This document shows, piece by piece, positions 42,861 to 52,267 of a DNA stretch of 64,000 bases. The stretch spans positions 2,944,001 through 3,008,000 of the forward strand of contig CBDEGZ010000003.1 in assembly GCA_965238175.1 (NCBI GenBank), written 5' to 3'. Below the pieces are notes generated by a model, which was not told where the DNA came from, did no database searches, and saw nothing but the letters and a program-made list of their open reading frames with translations. Source of the DNA: Gammaproteobacteria bacterium (GTDB lineage: Bacteria; Pseudomonadota; Gammaproteobacteria; CAJXQU01). Both the position numbers and the translations under genes were made by a program. How positions within the stretch are numbered: position 1 is the stretch's first letter; each line of letters starts with the position of its first letter.

Positions 42861-44033
42861 TTAGCGTGTACTCCGACTTCTTAGATCATCTTGGTTTTTC
42901 ATGCGTTGATCAACACTGTTTGACGTACTTCTGGAACCCGAAGGCAATGTTGATGGTAAAACTGGACGCGGGGATTGTCCTTCTGTGCCTTGTCCTATCG
43001 GCAAGTAAAGAATCTTATCGCCATCGCCAGTATCAAGAAATATCTTACGATTTCTCGATAACACAGACTCTACTGACTCAAGATATAGTCTTTCACGTGT
43101 GACAACAGGTGCTTTCTTGTACTCTGTGAGTAATTGCTCAAAACGACTTGCTTGACCTTGAGCCTGTGCAACGACACGCGCTTTATAAGCCAGAGCATCT
43201 TCCGTCAATCTAGCGGCTTTACCACGGGATTTAGGAATAATTTCATTTTCATAAGCTTGCGCTTCATTGATTAAACGCTCTTTATCTTCACTGGCTTTTT
43301 TGACATCGTCAAAAGCATCTTTTACTTGTTCTGGCGGTTTCGCTGGAAGCATATTGACACTGGTAACAATAATTCCCGACTTATATTGATCAAGCGTATC
43401 TTGTATCAACTTATGGGTGTCGTCAGCAATTGCACCACGCCCTTTTGTCAATATGAAGTCCATATCGCTATGACCAATCACATTTCTGATAGAACTTTCC
43501 GTTGCTTGCAAAAGCGTCGCATCTGGGCCTTTTACATTGAACAGATAGTTCTTCACATCTTTTATCTTGTATTGCACAGCCAATTCGACATCAACGATAT
43601 TTTCATCATTGGTCAACATGGTTGCATGGTGTTTGACAGAATTAATTTTATTAACGTTAACCGGATAAACATACTCGATAGGTTTAGGAAAACGAATATT
43701 AAGACCTGGGTTTAACGTCGTTACGTATTTACCAAATCGTAACACCACACCTCGCTCTGGCTCATCAATAATATGGACAGAATTAAATGCGGCGTAGACT
43801 ATGGCAAGTATGGCAAGTATGGCTATAAAACCTGCATTACCCGAATTACTGCCACCTTCATTACCACCGGAAGATCCTTTGGATTTTTTACCACCAAAAA
43901 TTCCAGAGAGTTTCTCTTGCATATTGCGGATTACTTCATCGAGATCGGGTGGGGCATCGCCTTTATCACGCTGACCCCAGGGATCTTTATCATCACGTTT
44001 TTTATCGTCTTTATCAGGCTCGTTCCAAGCCAT
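42861..44033 (-). CDS. hflK: FtsH modulator HflK
   Basis: MAWNEP...PPDLDE, MLTNDENIV, AFDDV and VTRERLY motifs. Confidence 0.96.
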   Translation of the reverse strand: MAWNEPDKDDKKRDDKDPWGQRDKGDAPPDLDEVIRNMQEKLSGIFGGKKSKGSSGGNEGGSNSGNAGFIAILAILAIVYAAFNSVHIIDEPERGVVLRFGKYVTTLNPGLNIRFPKPIEYVYPVNVNKINSVKHHATMLTNDENIVDVELAVQYKIKDVKNYLFNVKGPDATLLQATESSIRNVIGHSDMDFILTKGRGAIADDTHKLIQDTLDQYKSGIIVTSVNMLPAKPPEQVKDAFDDVKKASEDKERLINEAQAYENEIIPKSRGKAARLTEDALAYKARVVAQAQGQASRFEQLLTEYKKAPVVTRERLYLESVESVLSRNRKIFLDTGDGDKILYLPIGQGTEGQSPRPVLPSTLPSGSRSTSNSVDQRMKNQDDLRSRSTR

Positions 44034-44080
44034 ACTAATTCTCCAACATATTGTGGTTTTAAGGCAAAGATTGTACGGGG

Positions 44081-45364
44081 CTAGCCAACTTGAGGCAAGC
44101 TACTCACCCCCTCTTCTCGACAGATACTATCAAGGTGTGATTGAGGTAGTTCGACTTTTAACTGCCATATCGCTTCTTTCCCAAGTTTCTCTTCGACAAC
44201 TGCGCCCATTTCATAAAGCTTGGCCCGAACTTGTCCCGCACTCATATCAACAGATAACCAGCGACTGGTTTTATATTGACGAAAAAATTCAGTTATTGCG
44301 GTAAACAATTCCTCGACACCTTCTCCAGTGACAGAAGACAGCCAGACTCTTTTCGGCAAACCATCATCTCCATAATCAATTCGTGGTGCCACACCTTCAA
44401 GCAGATCAATTTTGTTCCAGACTTCGATAATGGGAACTTTGCCCGCCCCCATCTCTTCGATCACATCCTTCACATTTTCAATCCGTTCCAGACGCCCATC
44501 GGAACTGGCATCAATAATATGCAGTAGTAAATCAGCCTGACGAGTTTCTTCTAAAGTGGCACGAAAAGCTGCCACTAGATCGTGGGGTAAATGACGGATA
44601 AACCCTACAGTATCACTCAGTACCAGTGCACCCGCACCAGGAATGTGAATACGACGTAAAGTTGGATCGAGTGTTGCAAAAAGTTGATCAGCAGCATAAA
44701 CCTTCGCACCGGTCAGACGATTAAATAACGTTGATTTTCCTGCATTGGTATAACCCACCAATGAGATAGACGAAACATCTGCTCGCCGGCGAGATTTACG
44801 ACTTTCATCTCGTTGTGAACGCACTTTCTCTAAACGAGAATTGATCTGTTTGATTCGAGCACCAATCAAACGCCGATCAGTTTCTAACTGAGTCTCCCCT
44901 GGTCCGCGTAAACCAATCCCACCCTTTTGTCTTTCCAAATGAGTCCACCCTCGAATTAACCGCGTCGAAAGATGTTTTAACTGCGCCAGTTCAACCTGTA
45001 AATTACCTTCAAAAGTACTTGCTCGTTGAGCAAAAATATCCAAAATCAGACCTGTTCGATCTAATACTCGACATTCAAGAGTCGCTTCAATATTCCTTTC
45101 TTGAGCAGGACTCAAAGAATGATCAAATATGACTAATTCTGCTGCGCCTGATTCTATTAGGGATTTAATCTCATCGAGCTTGCCTTTGCCGACAAAATAT
45201 TTTGGATCAGGTGTACTTCGACTGCCAGTGACTACACCCGCAATTTCTGCACCTGCGGATTCAGCAAGCTCTACCAGTTCGTCTAGATCATCTGAGGATT
45301 CTGCATAGTGTATTTCAAGGTGAACGAGAATTGCTCGTTCACCTTGTTGAGGACGATCAAACAA
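44081..45364 (-). CDS. hflX: Ribosome-splitting GTPase HflX
   Basis: RGPGETQLETDRR, GYTNAGKS, LFATLDPT, DTVGFI and NKID motifs. Confidence 0.97.
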   Translation of the reverse strand: MFDRPQQGERAILVHLEIHYAESSDDLDELVELAESAGAEIAGVVTGSRSTPDPKYFVGKGKLDEIKSLIESGAAELVIFDHSLSPAQERNIEATLECRVLDRTGLILDIFAQRASTFEGNLQVELAQLKHLSTRLIRGWTHLERQKGGIGLRGPGETQLETDRRLIGARIKQINSRLEKVRSQRDESRKSRRRADVSSISLVGYTNAGKSTLFNRLTGAKVYAADQLFATLDPTLRRIHIPGAGALVLSDTVGFIRHLPHDLVAAFRATLEETRQADLLLHIIDASSDGRLERIENVKDVIEEMGAGKVPIIEVWNKIDLLEGVAPRIDYGDDGLPKRVWLSSVTGEGVEELFTAITEFFRQYKTSRWLSVDMSAGQVRAKLYEMGAVVEEKLGKEAIWQLKVELPQSHLDSICREEGVSSLPQVG

Positions 45365-45372
45365 ATTGGTGC

Positions 45373-45621
45373 TTACTCTTCCTCGCCATCAAGATCATCA
45401 TCTGTACGCGGCAACTTAATATTTCGCGCCGGCACTACCGTGGAAACAGCATGCTTATATACCATCTGACTGACTGAATTTTTGAGTAATATAACAAACT
45501 GATCAAAAGATTCGATTTGACCTTGTAATTTAATACCATTTACAAGAAAAATTGAAACTGGAACACGTTCCTTTCGTAATGCATTTAAATATGGTTCTTG
45601 AAGTGATTGGCCTTTGCCCAT
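45373..45621 (-). CDS. hfq: RNA chaperone Hfq
   Basis: [28 protein letters not shown]...YKHAVST. Confidence 0.98.
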   Translation of the reverse strand: MGKGQSLQEPYLNALRKERVPVSIFLVNGIKLQGQIESFDQFVILLKNSVSQMVYKHAVSTVVPARNIKLPRTDDDLDGEEE

Positions 45622-45766
45622 TGTAGATCCCCACTCTTATTTTAGTTATAGAATCTAGTCCGTAATTAACGGTAGAAACTGACAACATGAAAATTGAAAC
45701 TATAGAAAACGCTGTACTTCCCCTTAATCTAAGCACTCGTCTATGTAAACTTAACTAGTATATACC

Positions 45767-46711
45767 CTATTTCGACAAAAATAATTCTTCATTGTTCAGA
45801 ATTTGTAAAATTTCATGGATAGAACGTGATTTATCCACGAAAATTCGATAAGCATTTTCTACTGAACGAAACCAGGTCAGTTGGCGTTTAGCCAGTTGAC
45901 GAGTCGCAACTACGGCTTTTTCGATCATTGTCTCTCGATCGATGACACCTTGTAAGTGGTTCAAAACCTGCCGATAACCCACTAGACGCATAGACGGACT
46001 TTCGGCATTTAGATTAAATTTCTCTCGAATGTTTTCTACTTCTTCTATGAGTCCATTCTCGATCATTTGATCAAATCGTATCTCTAGTCTCTTATGAAGC
46101 CAGGATCGATCCTTCGGCTCAAAAATAAAATTGATTGGAGTATACGGAAAATCAGCTCTTTGACCTTCCTCATGAAAAGAAGTAATTGTCTTTCCACTAA
46201 TTTCATAGACTTCCAACGCCCGCTCAATGCGTTGTGGATCATTTGGATGTATACGTTCCGCTGCAACTGGATCAATCATAGCCAGTCGATCATGCATCGC
46301 TTGCCAGCCAAAATCTTTAGCCTGTTTCTCCAATTCTTGTCGTATCAAAACATTTGCGGATGGAAGTTCAGAGATACCCTCAAGTAAAGCTCTAAAATAG
46401 AATCCCGTACCTCCAACGAGTAGCGGAATTTTTCCAGCCTTAGTAATTTCTTCAATCTCAACTAAGGCATCTTTTCTAAAACTTGCAGCAGAATAAACCT
46501 CATCCGGATCGATGATATCGATCAAATGATGTGGTGCTTTTTGTAAGATCTCCTTTTCAGGTTTTGCTGTCCCAATGTCCATGCCACGATAAACCAGCGC
46601 AGAATCTACACTGATAATTTCAAAGGGGAATCGTGAAACCAGCTCCACGGCAAGATCTGTTTTACCGGTGCCGGTCGGCCCCATGATTGAGATAACATAA
46701 GGTAAACTCAT
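45767..46711 (-). CDS. miaA: tRNA dimethylallyltransferase
   Basis: GPTGTGKT, SVDSALVYRGMDIGTAKP, VGGTGFY and TRQLAKRQLTW motifs. Confidence 0.97.
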   Translation of the reverse strand: MSLPYVISIMGPTGTGKTDLAVELVSRFPFEIISVDSALVYRGMDIGTAKPEKEILQKAPHHLIDIIDPDEVYSAASFRKDALVEIEEITKAGKIPLLVGGTGFYFRALLEGISELPSANVLIRQELEKQAKDFGWQAMHDRLAMIDPVAAERIHPNDPQRIERALEVYEISGKTITSFHEEGQRADFPYTPINFIFEPKDRSWLHKRLEIRFDQMIENGLIEEVENIREKFNLNAESPSMRLVGYRQVLNHLQGVIDRETMIEKAVVATRQLAKRQLTWFRSVENAYRIFVDKSRSIHEILQILNNEELFLSK

Positions 46712-46724
46712 TATTGACTAACAA

Positions 46725-48509
46725 TCATCGTTTACAAATCATGGTTAATAATTCTTCGGCCGATAATTTTCTTAGCCAACTCTGTGACTCAATTTTTGAA
46801 AATTTTCTATCAATTTCCTCAATGAATTTTTGTGGCTCTGAAAGTATGAATTTTTGAGAATGGTAATTCGCTAGTCGAGTAATTAATTCAAGTTTTCTAT
46901 CGTCAAGGTGTTGGCTAGCTAGCTGTTTCAAAAACGACAAGATCATAGTAAGAAATTGATCAAGATTCTGAATAGAAACAATCGCTGGCAGCTGTCTCAA
47001 CTGCATAGGTCCAAATTCGTTTTCGGATAAAATAATTCCAACTTCTGAAAGTAATTTGGAATATTCATTAAACAGCTTAATATCATTTTTTCCAAAAATG
47101 ATATTAACAGGAAAAAGTAATGGCTTTGAAATAACCGAACCACTTTCTAATTCCAATTTAAGTTGTTGTAAACATATCGCAGCGGAAGCTTCTTTTATAT
47201 TAATAAGTATTAATTGATCATCTTCTTTTACTAATAACACTTCACCAACTTTCGCTATTTTCTGATCAGCCTCCTGTTCAAAATCTTGATTGAAATTTTG
47301 TGAGATTTTCGTTTCTTTCACTTTTACAGTTTTAAGATCAGGAAAATAAGTTGCACCTGATTCTTTAACCTCACCCTGGCTATTCTCTTGTTGGTAGTTT
47401 GGTCTTGATTTTAAATGTGAAACAGAAATTGATCGTGCATCAGGAACAACATTTTTTATGACACTTTCTTGATAAGTAATCGTGTTTTGATCAGATAAAA
47501 TTCGATTTAACGCACTATAAATAAAATCATGAATTGTTCTTCCTTCACGAAAACGCACTTCTGTTTTTGCCGGATGAACATTCACATCCACCATCGAAGG
47601 ATCCATTTGTAGATAAAGTGCAAAAGTGGCATAACGTCCTTCCGGAAGAATATCTTGATAAGCTTGTACAATCGCATGATTAATACGCTTATCTTTAATG
47701 CAACGTCCATTCAAACAAAAAAATTGTGCATCGTTCATGGTTCTTGCCGCGTCGGCATTCCCAACCCATCCGGTAAGCTTTATTTCACGATCCTGTGCAT
47801 CAATTCGACAGGCATTCTGCATAAACCGAGTTCCACAAACATCACTAACTCGCTTTTTCCCGTCATTGTCAGTAATTGACTTAAGATCAACTATTTGTCG
47901 TCCATTATGAGTTAAACGCACTGCAATTTCTGGATGACTTATAGAAAAATGTCGAACTAATTGTTGGATCTGATAGAACTCCGTTCGCTCTGTACGTAAA
48001 TATTTTCGTCTCGCCGGAACGTTAAAAAACAGATCTCGAATGTCAACCGTCGTACCCACTGGGTGTGATGCTGGTTCTGCTTCAACACCGGTAGGATCTT
48101 CTCGACCTTCAGATTTTATCATCCAGGCATGATCACTTTCCTGAAATCCAGACGTGACTGTTAATCGAGAAATGGAGGCAATACTCGGCAACGCTTCACC
48201 CCGAAAGCCCATGGTAATCAAATGCTGCAAATCATCAAGCTGGGTAATTTTACTGGTCGCATGTCGTGTCAACGCTAGTTTCAGATCGTCTTGATGAATA
48301 CCGATTCCATTATCTTTAACGCGAATTAAACCAACACCGCCATGTTCGATATCGATCACAATTTTCGATGCGCCTGCATCTAATGAATTGTCCAATAATT
48401 CTTTCACAACAGAGGCTGGCCGTTCAATTACTTCACCCGCCGCGATCTGATTGATCAAATGATCCGGTAATAACCTGACTTGCGATATTCGAGCGACAGC
48501 TTTTTGCAT
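46725..48509 (-). CDS. mutL: DNA mismatch repair protein MutL
   Basis: NQIAAGEVIERPASVVKEL, HATSK, GFRGEAL and DVNVHPAKTEVRF motifs; divergent C-terminal domain. Confidence 0.95.
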   Translation of the reverse strand: MQKAVARISQVRLLPDHLINQIAAGEVIERPASVVKELLDNSLDAGASKIVIDIEHGGVGLIRVKDNGIGIHQDDLKLALTRHATSKITQLDDLQHLITMGFRGEALPSIASISRLTVTSGFQESDHAWMIKSEGREDPTGVEAEPASHPVGTTVDIRDLFFNVPARRKYLRTERTEFYQIQQLVRHFSISHPEIAVRLTHNGRQIVDLKSITDNDGKKRVSDVCGTRFMQNACRIDAQDREIKLTGWVGNADAARTMNDAQFFCLNGRCIKDKRINHAIVQAYQDILPEGRYATFALYLQMDPSMVDVNVHPAKTEVRFREGRTIHDFIYSALNRILSDQNTITYQESVIKNVVPDARSISVSHLKSRPNYQQENSQGEVKESGATYFPDLKTVKVKETKISQNFNQDFEQEADQKIAKVGEVLLVKEDDQLILINIKEASAAICLQQLKLELESGSVISKPLLFPVNIIFGKNDIKLFNEYSKLLSEVGIILSENEFGPMQLRQLPAIVSIQNLDQFLTMILSFLKQLASQHLDDRKLELITRLANYHSQKFILSEPQKFIEEIDRKFSKIESQSWLRKLSAEELLTMICKR

Positions 48510-48757
48510 GCTGATATAATAAAACGAAAGATGATTCCCCGATACAGCTGACCGACTTATTTTGTAAAATTGGGGTAGACAATAAAAATACCAGCTGTTG
48601 CTATAGCAATAGGATCATTTGGAATACATTCCATCATTCTATGCTTCAACTATATGATAATATTACCGCTCAAATTCACATGGGTGTAATCGTCAAATAC
48701 TTTATTTAATGATTAATATTGGTACGTTCCTCTGACTCAGATAAAAATTAGAATAGT

Positions 48758-51115
48758 ATGGACAAATTAATTATTTCGATATTTAAAATAAAACAAATAG
48801 GTGCATCATTAGTATTTAGCCTTCTTCTACTTACCTTAAGCTTGATCACTTCAAACCCAGTCTATGCAGAATCGTTTAAAATAGGGTTTGTTTCAGATAA
48901 TGCTGTCGAATCAACTAGACTGCAGGCACTTATCATCAAAGAGCTGTCCCCTTTTATCGAAGATTCAGCAGGTATTGAGTTCGTCAGTTTCAACACTTTA
49001 CCCTCTCCACAGTTTTTTCAGGAACAAGTAGACAAGGCTAGTTCTGACCCAGATATTAAAGTCATTATTGCGCCTGGTTTTCTAGGCAGCCAATTTATTT
49101 ACCACCAAACATCATTTACCAAACCCACATTTTTATCCTGGGTTATCGATCCAAACCTGATCGGTAGTGAAGTAAAAAACAACACTCCAAACTTATATTG
49201 GCTTAGTACGCGCAACGATATTGAAACCACTTTTAAAACGATTGTCGAAGTTATTGGACAAAAACCCATAACTCTGATCGCAGATACTGGAGCGGCAAGT
49301 TTAGGAGAATCCTTTTTTGCCGGGTTAAAGAAAAAAGCTGGAAAATTTGGTATTGAATTTTCTGTCACATTATTAGACAAATCAAAGCCCATTGCTGAAC
49401 AAATAGATCCCAAAATCGCTTTGGCCATGGTACCTCCTCTGCGAGAAGGTACTTCAGATCTTATTCAGCAGATCCAAGCAGCGAACATTCCTGTCTTTAC
49501 ATTTGAAGGTCCCCAAATCGTAGAAGAAGGTGCCATGATGACGGATATCGTTAATGCTAACGAATCATTAATTGCACGTAGTATCGCACTGGATATATAT
49601 GGTCTTTTTCAAGGTGAAAAACTAGAACCTGGCCCACGTTGGTTAGAATCAGAACATCATCTGACCTTGAATATAAGCTCGGCACAACAAATGGGTATTG
49701 ATTTACCCATTGAAGCGCTTTCATCTGCAACCGTCGTTAGGTTTGCTAATATTAATACTGAAAGTATCACCTTAGAAAATGCGTTTCAGTGGGTTTTAGA
49801 CAAGAATCCTGATTTAGCCCAGTCCCGCAACAATATTGATTTAGCCGAAGAGTCGATCATTCAAGCTGAGTCATCACTTTACCCACAACTTAATGCCTCA
49901 GTGAGTCATACAAGATTTAGTAACAGTGGAAATACAGTTGAGACTGGCAACCCTGATCAAAACACGCTGGCTTCCGTCGATTTTTCCCAAGTAATCTACT
50001 CAGTAGTAGATCGCACTAATCATGAAGTGGCAAAATTAAATAAAAAAAGTCGACAGTATCTGGACGATGCTAACAATCAAAATTTAGTGGTGAATACCTT
50101 AAATGTGTTTTTACAGGTATTAATTTCGGAAGCAAGTTTATCTGCACAACAAGAGAATGTCCGACTAGCCAGATCAAATTTATCTATGGCTCAAAAACGA
50201 GTCAATTTGGGTAGTGGCATAATTGGTGATGTGTATAACTCTGAGGCCACGATAGCGACAGCCAATTCCGAATTATTAGCTGCACGCATAGGAGCATTAG
50301 AGGCAAGGCGTTTACTTATGGATATAAGTAATACTGAGTTTGACGAAAACGCCGTATTTGCTGATGTCGACCTGGATCACCCCAGTGTGGCCACCAGCCA
50401 TCAATTAGTAAAGCCGCTTCTGGAAACGTTGAGTGGTATACAAAAATTGGCTAGCTGGAGTTCAAAACAAGCCGTAAAAGAATCCCCTAACTTACAAGCT
50501 TCGATGGTGACAATGGACTCAAACCGACTTCAGGTTAAGGCTGCAAACAAAGTGCGATATACACCTGAAGTTAATTTAGTAGGCAAAGCCTATAGCTATT
50601 TAGATAGTTCAAGAGGATCTTCTGGTACAACATTTGATGATGTGGATGATATTAGTTTGAGTATTAATGTCACCGTGCCATTATGGACCAGCGGACGCAA
50701 CACTAGTCTACTACGTCAGGCGCATAAACAATTATTAGACTCAGAGCTAGAATACCTTGCGGGCAAAAACACCGCTCAGGTAAATACGCGAAATGCGGTT
50801 TATAGCTTGGCGCAGGCCTGGCAAGATATAAAACTAGGCAAAATAGCACTATCCTCTGCGGAAAAAAGTTTAGAGATAAACCAACGATCCTACGCCAGCG
50901 GAGCCATAACAATAGAAAACCTGCAAAGTATCCAAAACACCTATATTTCTGCTTTAAATAGCGATAAAACTAACCTTTATCAATACATACAAGCATTAGG
51001 CAACTGGCAACTTCAAGTTGCCGCAGTAAGTTACTTAATGGAAGCAGCGAGCTTTCAACAATGGTCGGTAGATTTTCGAACCCAACTGTCCAAACTTGAC
51101 CCTGATCACAATTAA
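48758..51115 (+). CDS. TolC-family outer-membrane factor with an N-terminal solute-binding-like domain
   Basis: 785 aa with a signal peptide. The C-terminal ~450 aa show OEP repeats (ITLENA...NPDL, LYPQLNAS, YTPEVNL, VTVPLWTSG); the N-terminal ~330 aa form an alpha/beta domain ending LTLNISSAQQMGIDLP, like ABC_sub_bind proteins. Confidence 0.82.
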   Translation: MDKLIISIFKIKQIGASLVFSLLLLTLSLITSNPVYAESFKIGFVSDNAVESTRLQALIIKELSPFIEDSAGIEFVSFNTLPSPQFFQEQVDKASSDPDIKVIIAPGFLGSQFIYHQTSFTKPTFLSWVIDPNLIGSEVKNNTPNLYWLSTRNDIETTFKTIVEVIGQKPITLIADTGAASLGESFFAGLKKKAGKFGIEFSVTLLDKSKPIAEQIDPKIALAMVPPLREGTSDLIQQIQAANIPVFTFEGPQIVEEGAMMTDIVNANESLIARSIALDIYGLFQGEKLEPGPRWLESEHHLTLNISSAQQMGIDLPIEALSSATVVRFANINTESITLENAFQWVLDKNPDLAQSRNNIDLAEESIIQAESSLYPQLNASVSHTRFSNSGNTVETGNPDQNTLASVDFSQVIYSVVDRTNHEVAKLNKKSRQYLDDANNQNLVVNTLNVFLQVLISEASLSAQQENVRLARSNLSMAQKRVNLGSGIIGDVYNSEATIATANSELLAARIGALEARRLLMDISNTEFDENAVFADVDLDHPSVATSHQLVKPLLETLSGIQKLASWSSKQAVKESPNLQASMVTMDSNRLQVKAANKVRYTPEVNLVGKAYSYLDSSRGSSGTTFDDVDDISLSINVTVPLWTSGRNTSLLRQAHKQLLDSELEYLAGKNTAQVNTRNAVYSLAQAWQDIKLGKIALSSAEKSLEINQRSYASGAITIENLQSIQNTYISALNSDKTNLYQYIQALGNWQLQVAAVSYLMEAASFQQWSVDFRTQLSKLDPDHN

Positions 51116-51137
51116 CTAATTCTTATATAAAAATACT

Positions 51138-52256
51138 ATGCATTCCTTAATCAAATCTGCAAATGTGCTATTCATTGCCACACTAGTTATCATCAGCATT
51201 TCAAGCTGCGGTGAGAAAGAGACAGAAGTCTCTACTGTTCCAGAAGTGATCAAAGCTGTAAAAACTCAAATAATAAAAGGTCAATCGAGCGCTTTAGAGA
51301 GAGTACTCTCCGGCACGACCATTTCGGCTAACGAGCAAGATCTCAGCTTCCGAGTTTCTGGAGTCATTGTCGAATTACCAGTCCAGGTAGGAGACGCGCT
51401 TAATAAGGGCGACTTAATTGCGCGTCTGGATAGCACCGATTTTGAGATATCTTCTCGCCAGGCAAATGCCAGTGTATCTCAAGCCAAAGCTGCACAGGTT
51501 AATGCTCAACTCGCATATAAACGATCGAAAGAGCTTTATGCTGCACAAGCAGCAAGCTTGGCTGACTTAGAGTCGGCTAAAGCAAATGCCGACAGCGCGA
51601 AAGCCAGTTTATCCGTCGCACAACAACAACTGAACTCCACCCTTAAAAACAAACAATATACAAAGCTATCGAGTAGTTCTGACAACTGCGTGGTTATGAC
51701 GGTTCCCGCCTCCATTAACAGCAATATCAATGCAGGTTCCCCAGTGGTTAATTTATCTTGTGGGAAATTTCTACGAGCGAAAATCACCGTACCAGAAGCA
51801 TTTATTGATCAAATAAATGTCGGCAAAGAAGTGGCTGTTTCTATTCCCAGTGCCCGTTCTCAACCTTTTCCAGGAACTGTTGTTGAAGTTGGAGTAAGTA
51901 ATAACAATGCTGCTGGGTTTGATGTGGAGGTTGAGCTCCAGGAAGCAGATGAACATTTAAGAGTTGGCCTTGTGACTTCGGTCACTTTAAAACTTGGAAA
52001 GGATGATTCCACTCAGACCACGCTACTTTCACTACAGGCAATTTTGCAGGATGCAACCAGTAAGTTCGTTTATGTATTAGATCCTACTGAGACTGCAGGC
52101 GTATTTACTGCAACACGAAGAGATATCGTTACAGGCGAACTACGTAATAGCGGTATTGAGGTATCAAATGGCTTGTCCGAAGGCGATGAAGTCATCGTCT
52201 CTGGAACCTCAAGAGTGAGTGCAGGTATGAAAGTAAAACATCTGGGAAGTAAGTAA
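51138..52256 (+). CDS. RND periplasmic adaptor (MFP), lipoprotein
   Basis: Lipobox ISSC, LSFRVSG...V.VGD...KG..IA.LD, coiled hairpin and GLSEGDEVIVSG. Confidence 0.93.
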   Translation: MHSLIKSANVLFIATLVIISISSCGEKETEVSTVPEVIKAVKTQIIKGQSSALERVLSGTTISANEQDLSFRVSGVIVELPVQVGDALNKGDLIARLDSTDFEISSRQANASVSQAKAAQVNAQLAYKRSKELYAAQAASLADLESAKANADSAKASLSVAQQQLNSTLKNKQYTKLSSSSDNCVVMTVPASINSNINAGSPVVNLSCGKFLRAKITVPEAFIDQINVGKEVAVSIPSARSQPFPGTVVEVGVSNNNAAGFDVEVELQEADEHLRVGLVTSVTLKLGKDDSTQTTLLSLQAILQDATSKFVYVLDPTETAGVFTATRRDIVTGELRNSGIEVSNGLSEGDEVIVSGTSRVSAGMKVKHLGSK

Positions 52257-52267
52257 GAGATAATAAA

